Positions 52,776 to 64,000 of a stretch of DNA of 64,000 nt are shown here, piece by piece. The stretch spans positions 110,732,001 to 110,796,000 of the forward strand of contig NC_043000.1 of NCBI RefSeq assembly GCF_006345805.1. Reading direction: 5' to 3'. A model generated the notes under the pieces. That model saw only the letters and a program-made list of their open reading frames with translations, was not told where the DNA came from and ran no database searches. Position 1 is the first letter of the stretch; every line of letters starts with the position of its first letter. Position numbers and translations under genes: made by a program. This stretch comes from Octopus sinensis (lineage: Eukaryota).

Positions 52776-53741
52776 ATTGAATGGTGGTGAGCAGGAAGAG
52801 TTGTTATGGCGTCGAGTAGAATGCATTGCAGTATTCTGGTTTTCCAGTTGTATGAGATCGAATCCAACCAGAGTCAATCCTACATTTCGTAGCCGGTAGT
52901 CTTAGGGAGCGATTCCATTATTCTTTGGCAGAAATCGGTTGTATTCAGATCTCGAGAAGAGATGTGGTGCGACTAGTTTGAAAAAATCAGCCAAGACCAG
53001 TTTCTCTAAAGGTATAGGCACAATAAGCAGTTGCCCCTTGGTGACCCGTTGCTAACCAATGTATGTGTGATTGTGTATGGTAGAGATCTTGTGAACTCTT
53101 TTGCCCAGGAGGGGAAGGGCTGTAATGCTGTTAAGATGATCCCGCTCGAGACGGTGTCACAACGGTGCTTCTTCGAGCCCTTCAGTGGTTGAGGACTCAA
53201 AAAAGAGATTTACAATATTCTGAACGATTGTTTGTTACCGTTGTCGACAAAATTATGGTAAGATCGATTTAGCAATTATCCAGTTTGGAATGAAGAGGTG
53301 AAACGGTGTAGTGTGTGAGTTCGAAAAGGGTTTTAGTTTTAACCGACTTGTAGCCTGTTCCACGAGATAGTATTCACATTTGAATACATATTTCTTTATT
53401 GGCCATAGGGGGCTAAATATAGAGTGGACAAACAAGGACAGACAAAGAGATTAAGTCAATTACATCGACTTAATCCCTGGTACTTATTTAATCGACCCCT
53501 AAAGGATGAAAGGCAAAGTCGACCTCGACGGAATTTGAACTCAAAACGTAGCAGTAGCAGAGGAAATACCTCTAAGTATTTCGCTCGGCATGCTAACGAT
53601 AAAAAAAATAAACATTTTGTATCACAATAGAAAAATCATCTTATGTTTTTACAAGTAGTTTTTTTTCTCTACTTTTCCACTCTCGCAAGAAAACAATACT
53701 TTAAAAACCATAGCCATATTTGGATTATAGCAGACAGCGTA

Positions 53742-53972
53742 GGCGGCGAACTGGCAGAAACGTTAACACGCCGGGCGAAATGCTTTGTGGTATTTCGTCC
53801 GTCGCTGCGTTCTGAGTTCAAATTCCGCCGAGGTCGACTTTGCCTTTCATCCTTTCGGGGTCGATAAATTAAGTACCAGTTACGCACTGGGGTCGATGTA
53901 ATCGACTAAATCCGTTTGTCTGTCCTTGTTTGTCCCCTCTGTGTTTAGCCCCTTGTGGGTAGTAAAGAAATA
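53742..53972 (+). mobile_element. SINE family A, full length with TSD
   Basis: TSD TATAGCAGACAGCG(T/G)A at 53726-53741 and 53973-53988. Confidence 0.92.
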
Positions 53973-53991
53973 TATAGCAGACAGCGGAGAC

Positions 53992-54539
53992 CAGTGCTAC
54001 TCAAAGTACGTGGCGGTACGCGGCAAGTTTCCAGAAAAGAAAGAAACATTATAAAATGCTTATGTAATATTGTATAATTTGTTTACAAAATAAATATAAC
54101 TTAAAAAAATTGTCAACTTTTATTATATTCATTATATATATCATGGAGATGTACTTGCATGGCAAGTGACCTGATCTGAGATCGTGTGCTGAAACAAAAA
54201 CAATTGCAGTTTGGAAGGTGTTTGTAAGCCATATAAAAACACACAAGAACTGTTAGATTCACTTCAGTATTTAAATCTAATTTGCCAAAATATTTTCATT
54301 GCTTTGAGACTGCGACCTGTTCACTGACAGAATTTTGTCAGTGAACAGGTCGCGGTCTTAAAGCGACGAAAATATTTTGGCAAATTAAATTTAAATGTTG
54401 AAGGGAATTTAACGGTTTTTGTGATTATATTATATTGTTTCTGGTATAATTCAATATTACTAAGAAATATTACCGGTCCCTGGCACATTGGAAGCAAAAG
54501 ACTATCGGTACGCCACATCAGATAGTTTGAGAAGCACTG
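53992..54539. mobile_element. hAT-like MITE containing a nested palindromic insertion
   Basis: CAGTGCTACTCAAA ... TTTGAGAAGCACTG; 8-bp TSD GCGGAGAC / GCGTAGAC. Confidence 0.82.
54334..54384 (+). ncRNA. Hammerhead-like motif with G3-C8 swapped core (mirror copy on the minus strand at 54281-54331)
   Basis: TTTGTCA-GTGAACA-G-GTCGC-GGTCTTAAA-GCGAC-GAAA-ATA-TTT-TGGCAAA: 7-bp stem I, 5-bp stem II, palindromic stem III AATATT; activity unproven. Confidence 0.5.
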
Positions 54540-54547
54540 GCGTAGAC

Positions 54548-54847
54548 CAGTGTTTCCCATAAACTCCATCGATTACTGGTTTACTCTGATGGACGTCATT
54601 GCCATACGTCGTTTAAACACTAGTTTTGTGGTGAATCTTTCAAAATCTCTGTTTCGCTTTTCATACATTAACTTGTGTAGGTTGAACTACGTAAATCGTT
54701 AAAGAAGGACAGATGTTTCTTGCGATAAATGCCCCCGAAGCAAAATGTTTTCATAGACCCTTAAAATGATTGTGGAACCAATTTTCGATTGTGTATATAA
54801 TGGAACCCAGAACATCTTATGTGGACCTCGGGGCTTCAGAACAACCG
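54548..54847. mobile_element. Second, older hAT-like element sharing the same target site
   Basis: Starts CAGTGTTTCCCA right after GCGTAGAC (54540-54547) and is followed by GCGTAGAC (54848-54855); right TIR decayed. Confidence 0.6.
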
Positions 54848-55489
54848 GCGTAGACTGATACTTAATTCAAAGAAATGTGTATACGTATGTATAAATGTAC
54901 ACACAAATACACAGACGTACATGTATGTATGTATGTGTATGTATGTATGTTTCTTCTGTTTTTAATCATTTAAATTCTTGCTCTGAAGAGGGAGCTGGTT
55001 TCTAGCAAAGATACAAAGCTCTGTCTTTGGAATGTAAATAACGAAAACTGAGAAAAGTCTCGCATAGTTTAACTGTTCCGCTTACAGACTGAATTTGTAA
55101 TGAGCGAATCGGTTGATTTCTTTTTCTGGAAATCCAAGCTTATCCAGACTGACAATAAGACATTTACTTACAAAACCAAGTGCTCCAATTATTATCGGTA
55201 TAAATGTAAATTTGTAATTCGGATATAGAAGCTGCAGGTTTCAAAGCAGTTCTCCATGGTTATTCTATGTATGTATGTATGTATGTATGTATGTATGTAT
55301 GTATGTATATGTATGTATATGTGTCAGTCAGTCAGTAATTCAGTTTGTTTCAAGATTTCTTTCCAGTAGAGAAAGAGCCGGTTTCTAACCTTGGTCCAAG
55401 CTCCATTGGAATTTTAACATCAACAAGTTATTTTTTACGTGTATGTATGTATGTGCACAGATTTTTCGACGTCGTCGTCTCCTTACTTT

Positions 55490-56640
55490 CCGATGTACTT
55501 CTTCCTGCCGTCCACAAAACTTGCTTACTCCATCGGAATGGCTGCGCGGCTATTTGTGCACCGCTGCCGGCACTTATTCGTCCTTAGCAAATCGACGACC
55601 CCGCAAAGAATGTTTGATCGGTCCAAAGAGGTGACAGTTGGAAGGGGTGAGATCTGGATTGGATTGTATTCAGGGTGTTTTGGCAACTCGAAACACAGTT
55701 TTCAACGATTTCATCGGTGCAGGCGGCTATGTCTGGGCGTGCATTGTCGTGCACCAATAGCACTTATTTTAACAATAGACCTCACCGTCGGTTGAGAATT
55801 GCTGGTTTCTGTTCGTTGGTCAGCATCTCTCTTCAGCCTGCATTGGTCACTGTAGATCCTTTTTCCAGGTAATGTTCCTTTTTGCATCCCTCAAAACGGT
55901 TGGCATTACTTTTTCTGCTGAAGATTGAGTACTGAATTCCTTTTTCGTTGCCCTTTGGATTCTGGCTCAAACTGATGGCTCCAGGTCTCATCAATGACTA
56001 TATTCTCAAAAAACAAAAAAAAAAAAAAAAAAAAAAACAACAAAGCTTCGTCTTAATCGTTGTTGCGGTCGAGTAAGCGTTATGCGCATGCGCTTCGGTA
56101 ACCATTTCGTACAAACTTTACGGAAGCGAAGCTTGTTGTGGATGATTTCGTATGCTGACAATGACTAATTTGAAAAGAACCAACTACTTCATCAAGGGTT
56201 ACTCGCCGGTTCGCAAGAATCATCTCCCGCGCTAGTTGAACCTTCACGTCAGTTGTGGAAGTTGATGGGCGTCCTGCTCCCTTCGCGTGCTTCACGCTTG
56301 TCCGTCTATTTTTAAGCTTCTCAATCCACCCCCACACACTTCTACACAGTAGATCGCTGTCTCTCTAATAAACCGAGAGCCTGCGATGAATTTCAGCTCC
56401 CGACACACCTTCAGACTAGAGAAATCGGATTACTGACCTGTTCTTCCTTGGTGCACACAGCCAGCAGAACGGCTATGTTCTTACTCAATAACACAAGAAA
56501 GAAACCCGGAGCGCTCTAGGTCAAACCCCGGTTACGTAACCACAAGTGTACCACTTTTTAGCAGGCGAGCACTGAAGGCAGGGTGGTCGACCTAAGTAAA
56601 GTTTTGGCGAAGGTGCGGATAAATTTTGACATCTACCAGT
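55490..56640 (-). mobile_element. Degenerate mariner transposon (transposase pseudogene)
   Basis: N-terminal HTH region ...RTSVKHAKGAGRPSTSTTD...MILANRRVTLDEVV, then frameshifted WVP-like and catalytic-domain remnants; TIR-like end followed by TA at ~56640. Confidence 0.85.
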
Positions 56641-56647
56641 ATATAAA

Positions 56648-57030
56648 TCTCTCTCTATATATAAAGCTGAAGTTGTCTGTGTATGGCAGGTTTGGTAGCC
56701 TTCAACTAACACTATCTCCTCCGAGACCCTGTGGCCAAAATTGAGAGTATGATAGAAGAAGGTTTGCTCTCCTTCTGTTGAAGAAAAAATTCAAATCGGA
56801 CCATGTTAACACCAAAAATCATTTATATCAAAAAGGTGCTTTTTTTCTATGAAAATACCTGTTTTTTACGATTTTTTGACTGCTGTGTCACCATTTTTTG
56901 GTGTATTTCAACCAGAAAAATGTTCACTTAAAGAGACTAACAAGCTACATAATGCAAAAGTTTTACTTTTCAAAAATTCCAATTCTAAAGGGTCGAAACA
57001 AACCCGAGCAACGCCGGACGATACTGCTAG
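56648..57030 (+). mobile_element. Non-autonomous Helitron, copy 2
   Basis: A|TC start, subterminal hairpin CCCGAGCAACGCCGG, CTAG|T end, no TSD. Confidence 0.85.
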
Positions 57031-57249
57031 TTTATTGATATATATCTTTCATCTTTTACTTGTTTCAGTCATTAGACTGCGGCCATGCTGGGGCAGTACC
57101 TTGGAGAATTTCAGTCGAATGAATCGATCCCAGTGTTTATTTTCTTTTAAAAACCTGGTACTTATTCTAGTGGTCACTTTTTCTCTTTTGCCGAACCGCT
57201 AAGTTACAAGAACAGAAATACATCAACACCTGTTGTCAAGCGGTGATGG

Positions 57250-57305
<56 letters not shown>

Positions 57306-57333
57306 ACACACACACGCACGCACACACACACGG

Positions 57334-57366
<33 letters not shown>

Positions 57367-57397
57367 CACACACACACACGCACGCGCACACACACAC

Positions 57398-57449
<52 letters not shown>

Positions 57450-57892
57450 GCACATACATACATCTATTTATACGACTGGTTTCTTTCAGTTTTCGTCTAC
57501 CGAATCCACTCCCAACGCTTTGGTCGGCGCGAGACTATATCAGAAGGCACTTGCCCATGGTGCCACACAGTGGGACTGAACCTGGAACCTTGTGGTTGGA
57601 AACGCACACACACACCCATTACATACATATATGTGTGTACGTATGTATTTTAGCACACTTTCTGCACTTCCTCTTAATATAATACTTTTCGCATACAGCA
57701 CCCGCAATAATACTATTGATATCGCTTTATTGCAAAATCTGGGCAAGGCCCTGATATTAATCCGTTTTATTTAACTTTTAACCAATAAAATACATTTCGT
57801 TCTTTGGAAGATATTCTTTCACATTATTTGTTAGTTTATTTGCTTCCATTTTTTTCCTGTTTAATTTTTAAAATACGAACATTATTTTTCTA

Positions 57893-58219
<327 letters not shown>

Positions 58220-58289
58220 AGCACGACAACAACAGCAATTACGATGGCGACAGTTACTGTTGAGTGAGTATAGAGTGGTTTAAAACATC

Positions 58290-59488
58290 AATTCTGCTGT
58301 GCTGAAGAGGTCTTGTTGAGTATAGCAAGGCATCAGATATCTTGGTCTTTAGTCATCTCCTTCATAAACCTCAGTCTTGAGATTGACCTTCAGTGCTTTG
58401 TGCCATTTCTTCCTGGAGCTCTCTCTCCCATGCTTTCTATTCACTTTGAGTGATTGGCACTTCTTTGTGCAACTCTCCCCACCCATACTCATCACATGAC
58501 CATCACATGACCAAACCAGTGCAGTCTTCTTTCTTGCATGCTGTATTTAATTCCCTTTATTGTTTTATTCTTTTACTTGTTTCAATCAATCGACTGTGGC
58601 CATGCTGGAGCATTATCTTCAAGGGTTTTAGTTGAACAAATCAACCTGCAGGACTAAATTTTTACAGCCTAGTACTTATTCTATCAGGCTCTTTTGTCAT
58701 ACCGCTAAGTTACAGGGACGTAAACACACCAACACTGGTTGTCAAGCAGTGATGTGGGGGTCAAACACAGACACAAAGACACACACACATAGAAATATGC
58801 ATACATACATATACATACATACATATACATCGCGGGAAGGAATGTTTCAGTCAAAGTCGCGTCTCGCCTTCACCTTCGAAATGCAGAGTAGATGAAACCA
58901 TGGTGACTGAAGAAGGGGAATTTTCCTTGTGTTATTTGTCCTGTGCTCTATTTTTTCGTTGTTTAGGAAAAATGTCCAGTTCCTTGGTTTTGTGTTTATG
59001 TTTTCGTTTCTCATTGTGTTCGACGTTTTTTTTGGTGTCCTGTACCCATATATGCATGTATATATACATGTAGAGGTAGGTACGTACATATATGTATGTA
59101 TATATGCATATGCTTTATTTATTAATTTGTTATTACATATACACACACATATATATGATGGGCTTCTTTCAGTTTCCATCTATCAAATTCACTCACAAGA
59201 TTTTGGTCAGTCTGAGGCCACAGTAGAAAACACCAGCCCAAGGTGCGAAGCAGTGGGCCTGAACCCAGAACCATGTGGTTGGAAGCAAGCGTTTTACCAC
59301 ACAGCCATGTCTAACTTTCCTCCCAATACACTAGTGTTCTGTTGCACATGTAGACTGACATTGCATGGCCAGCAGAGCATGCTAGCTTTATTGCTCCCTA
59401 GACTTTGCATGTCCTCTGCATTCAGGGCCCACGTCTCATTGCCATGTAGCATTGCTGTCCATATGCATCATATAATCTTCCTTTCACT

Positions 59489-59525
<37 letters not shown>

Positions 59526-60955
59526 GGTTGCCAAGAGAAGTAAATGCTTCCTGAATTTTCTCCATCTTATTCTTATTCAAACAATTTCCCTTTCCATACA
59601 AGCCCCTCCCCCCACAGCACTGCTTATTAGGTCCCCTACTAGTAGAAATAATCCACTTCCTCTAAAGAGCTTCCAGGGCATCGCAACCTTTGTGTCCATA
59701 GCTTGCACTAGGTACACCAAATGGAATTCCTGCCTACACCATTCCTATATATTGAGCAAGGCCATTTACCTGATGGGGCTGGTGTCCTGTCCATTTTCTT
59801 GTTTTCTAGAACCTGAGTCTTTACTCAGTTAACCTTAAAGCTGTTTGATTCTAGGTTTTGCTTCCACACCTGGAATTTCTTTTCTAACTCTGTTACGGAA
59901 TCTATTATGTGAGCAAGATTTTCAGCGTATAGTAGTTCCCAGTGGCAGCCAGTCTTGAATTCCTCTGTTATGGCCTGGAGAGGAGGGAACTGGAAACCAA
60001 ACCCCGTCGAATGCCTACTTGTACACTAAATTCATCGCTGTACTCATGGTTAACTCTCACCTTACTGACAGAACCTTTTTACATGGCTTGTACAGCTTTC
60101 ACAGGTCACTTGACTACCCCTAGCTTCTTCAGAGCCTACTCAATCATGTAGTGGGGCACTCTGTCAAAAGATTTCTCTAAATCAACAAATATCAGGTACA
60201 ATGGTTTATTCTGTGCCAAATATTTCACCTGTTTTCTGACTATAAAGACAGCATCAGCAGTGATTTTCCCTGGCACAAAACCAAACTGCATTTCATCTAA
60301 TCTGATTCTGTTCCTAAATATTTTTACTATAACTCTTTCTGTAACTTTCCTCACCTGGTCCATGGTCCAGCAATTTGATGACCCTGTAATTACTTCTGTG
60401 CAAGGCATCTTCCCTCTCCTTGTAGGTACTGACTATAATGCTGCCACACCAGTTATTGGGGATGTTACCTTCCTGAATAACCTGGTTAATTATTTGGGTG
60501 ACTAGAATGTATCCTATTTTAAGTATTTCAGCAGTAACTCCCAATGAACCAGGGGATTTCTCCTTAATTACCTTATCTATCATACTGTTGTCAACATTAA
60601 TAGCAGGTCCCACTGTTGGGTTCGCACAGGGGAGATTCCCTTTCTCCCATTCATTCTCCACATTTGATAGCTTTTCATAGTAGCCCTTTTGGAGTCACTG
60701 AATGTAATTTTAACCATTGGCCATCCGCACTCACCTCTCTCCTGTGACATCTCAGTTCTCTCTGACACACTGTCCAGCAATCCAGAACACCTCCAGTCTT
60801 TGACCTATAAGACATTGGCAAACCTCTCTCTTTCTACTTCTGCCCTGGCTGCATAAACCTGTTGCCTGGCTTCTCTCTTGGTTACCTGATATAGTGCTTT
60901 GCTGCCTCCATTTCTCCAATCTTTCCAAACCTGTCTGCCTGTTCTGCCACCAGGT
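58290..60955 (-). mobile_element. Degenerate RTE-like LINE interrupted by a family B SINE (~58565-59310)
   Basis: NNWCGSIIV..YK, SNYRVIKLLDH, MQFGFVPGKITADAVFIVR, LYLIFVDLEKSFDRVP and 3' QERRLHWFGHV; many frameshifts. Confidence 0.88.
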
Positions 60956-62335
60956 CACCCCCCATCTAGCACCGATTTTGCCCCGACCAGAGATTTAGTG
61001 TACAACCATCAGAAAGTTGTCCCATAAAAACTTCCAGTTGTCCTCCCACTTACCCTTTCTCTCTCTCTCTCCTCATATATATATATATACACACACACGT
61101 ATATGTGTGTGTGTGATAGTGTGTGAGTTATGTGTGTGTGTAATATTGTGTGTGTGATATTGAGTGTGATATTGTGTGTGTGATATGTGTGTGTGTGTGT
61201 TTGTCTGTACGTGTATATTGTATATATGTGATGTGTGTGTGTGTGTGCATGCATGTGTGTGAGTGATGTGAGTGTGTGTGTGTTGAATGTGTGTGTGTGT
61301 GTGTGTGTGTGTGTGATATGTGTGTTTGTCTGTGTGTGTATATGTGATGTGTGTGAGTGATGTGTGTGTGTGTGTGTGTGTGCATGCGTGTTTCTGGTCG
61401 ACAGAGTGCTACTGGTAACAATTAACTCAGCATTGTTGGGTAGGGGTAGCTTATGCTTGCTTGATGAGGGAGGAGGATTTTGGGGATTTTAGGCAGTCTA
61501 CAGGGTGGAAAACAAGACCAGTCAAAGGCAAATGGATGCAGAGAAAGGACTCAATACCAATTCGGTAATGTGTACACACACACACATACACACATATATA
61601 TACACACACCCTCTCATAAATATATACAAACATACATAATTATATACTTTTTATAAATTTATATGTGTATGAATTTTTATATATTTATAAATTTTCATGT
61701 ATATGTATGTATGTATAAATTCTTATAAATTTTTATATATCATATAGATGAATGCATCTATGTATGTACCTTGTATACCATGGAGAAATTTGTTAATATG
61801 GATTGAATGAATATATACATTGGCCTTTGAATTTGTTTTCTTCTCTCCTTAATTTTATATAAGTGCTTTGGAGGTAAAATCTGTGCCAGATAGAGAGTGA
61901 CCTGGTGGCAGAACAAGCAAACAGGTTTGGAAAGATTGGAGAAATGGAGGCAGCAGAGCACTTATATATATGTATTTATGTGGGCATGTAGATGCATATA
62001 TGTATGTGTGTGTGTGTGTGTGTGTGTGCACGCGCACGCATGTGTTCAATAATTCAAAAGAAACTTAGAAGAAATATACGATCGTCATCTCCACCGGTTT
62101 GAAGTTGGCAGCAGTTGTCCAAGGAAAGGGCAACAGGCGCTGGTGGTAGCATATCCTTCTGTTGGGCAGAAAACACAGGGCAAACATTTGGAATGATATC
62201 TTATGGCCTGGACACAAAGGAAGGTTGATTGTACTGAGAGATATGGAGATCATTTCATTAGCTTTTGCAGCCTCCTGGAATCTCGACTTTTTCTTGAGGT
62301 TGTAGGAGGTAACACACATCTGTGACTATTAAGTA

Positions 62336-62572
62336 CCCATTTCTTTACTACCCACAAGGGGCTAAACACAGAGGGGACAAACAAGGACAAACAAACAGAT
62401 CAAGTCGATTACATCGACCCCAGTGCATAACTGGTACTTATTTAATCAACCCTGAAAGGATGAAAGGCAAAGTTGACCTTGGCGGAATTTGAACTGAGAA
62501 CGTAGTGGCAGACGAAATACCGCTAAGCATTTCGCCCACTGCGCTAACGTTTCTGCCAGCTCCTCACCGCCC
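62336..62572 (-). mobile_element. SINE family A
   Basis: Full reverse-complement copy. Confidence 0.9.
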
Positions 62573-63066
62573 TATCAAGTACCATCAGTGCTGCACTAGT
62601 TTAGCATCTGTCTCTAGTGAGTAGTAATGCTGTGTGGTAGATAAATGGTAGTTCTTCTGCTTAGGCTGAGATAATCCTGTGATAGCTGTGTTATTGGCTT
62701 ATCTTACCACCAAGTACATTGTGTAAGGGTGAGAGAGTGAGTCTGCTGTGCAAGCATCTCTTTCTTAATTTCAAACTCACCCCTTATGCTAGTCTAGCAT
62801 TGTGTCTAGTGGTACCCTTTTATAACTATTGCATGAAATCAAGGCAAGGAGATGGTGACTCACTCATTTGCACACACATATACATATATACATATTTAAG
62901 GGGTTCTTTTAGTTTCCATGTACCAAATCTAGTTTTGACCAGGTCAGGGATATCATACAAAAAAACTTTCCCAAAGTGCCACATTGTGGGACTGAACCTT
63001 AAACCATATGGTTGAGAAGCAAACTTCTTACCTCCCAGCTATGCCTATGCCTGCACATACTTATAT

Positions 63067-63278
63067 ACTCTTTACTCTTTTACTTGTTTCAGTCATTTGG
63101 CTGTGGCCATGCTGGAGCACCGCCTTTAGTCGAGCAAATCGACCCTAGGACTTATTCTTTGTAAGCCTAGTACTTATTCTATCAGTCTCTTTTGCTGAAC
63201 CGCTAAGTTACGGGGACGTAAACACACCAGCATCGGTTGTCAAGCGATGTTGGGGAGACAAACACAAACATACAAACA

Positions 63279-63334
<56 letters not shown>

Positions 63335-63337
63335 ACG

Positions 63338-63379
<42 letters not shown>

Positions 63380-63542
63380 CAACAGGCTTCTTTCAATTTC
63401 CATCTACCAAATCCACTCACAAGGCTTTTGTCAGCCCGAGGCTATAGTAGAAGACACTTGCCCAAGGTGCCACGCAGTGGGACTGAACCCAGAACCATGT
63501 AGTTCGTAAGCAAGCTACTTACCACACAGCCACTCCTACGCC
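63067..63542 (-). mobile_element. SINE family B, near full length
   Basis: Same architecture as 18119-18526. Confidence 0.92.
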
Positions 63543-64000
63543 TATATGTATAATTGATAGATTTCTCCTCTTAGGATGAAATGGTGTTGCAGTAGCTTTG
63601 GTATTCTGCCCTTTTGCAACAATGAAACACTTCCAATTCCCTAGTTCCAGGTGCTCAGAAGGTGTTGTGTAGATGGGAGCAGGGGCGACACACTCTGATC
63701 CCTTGGATTGATGTGTCACCTGTTGATGAGTTGTTTCGTCAAATTTATTGTCTTCATTCCTCACAAAGGTGCAAATATGATATCATTATGTGTAAGTGTG
63801 CATATGTATGTTGTATGTATGTATGTATGTATGTATGTATGTATGTATGTTGTATGTATGTATGCGTATGTGTGTGTGTGTGTATGTATATGTGTGTGTG
63901 TGTATGTATATATATATATATATGTATATAGTTACACAGATGTACAGACATATATGTGTTACATTATACACTTGTGTGTATGTATCTATGTATGTATATA

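Noticed and set aside
62065-62319. 84-aa minus-strand ORF
   Set aside because: No motif recognised; probably decayed transposon sequence.

Overview
AT-rich, repeat-saturated eukaryotic DNA, intronic or intergenic in character. The SINE families, microsatellite load and LINE/Penelope-type repeats suggest an octopus/cephalopod genome; this comes from pattern recognition, not a database match. No complete protein-coding gene is visible, and nearly all ORFs in the track are microsatellite translations or transposon debris. Recognisable content: three tRNA-derived SINE families in many copies; LINE fragments (R4/Dong-like stacked in (TAA)n tracts, CR1/L2-like RT, HERO-like, RTE-like); a mariner relic; hAT, Tc1/Tigger and Merlin-like MITEs with TSDs; two copies of a non-autonomous Helitron; and a ~1.1-kb tandem duplication carrying a 19-bp minisatellite. 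One plausible signal-peptide exon lies at 32225-32318. The most interesting signal is a set of type I hammerhead ribozyme motifs of the Penelope-associated kind. Two look structurally intact (25924-26020 and 30539-30632, minus strand) and two are decayed. A 182-bp palindrome (54242-54423) holds a hammerhead-like fold in each arm with the C3-G8 core pair swapped to G3-C8. Coordinates were counted by eye, and edges of old repeats are approximate.
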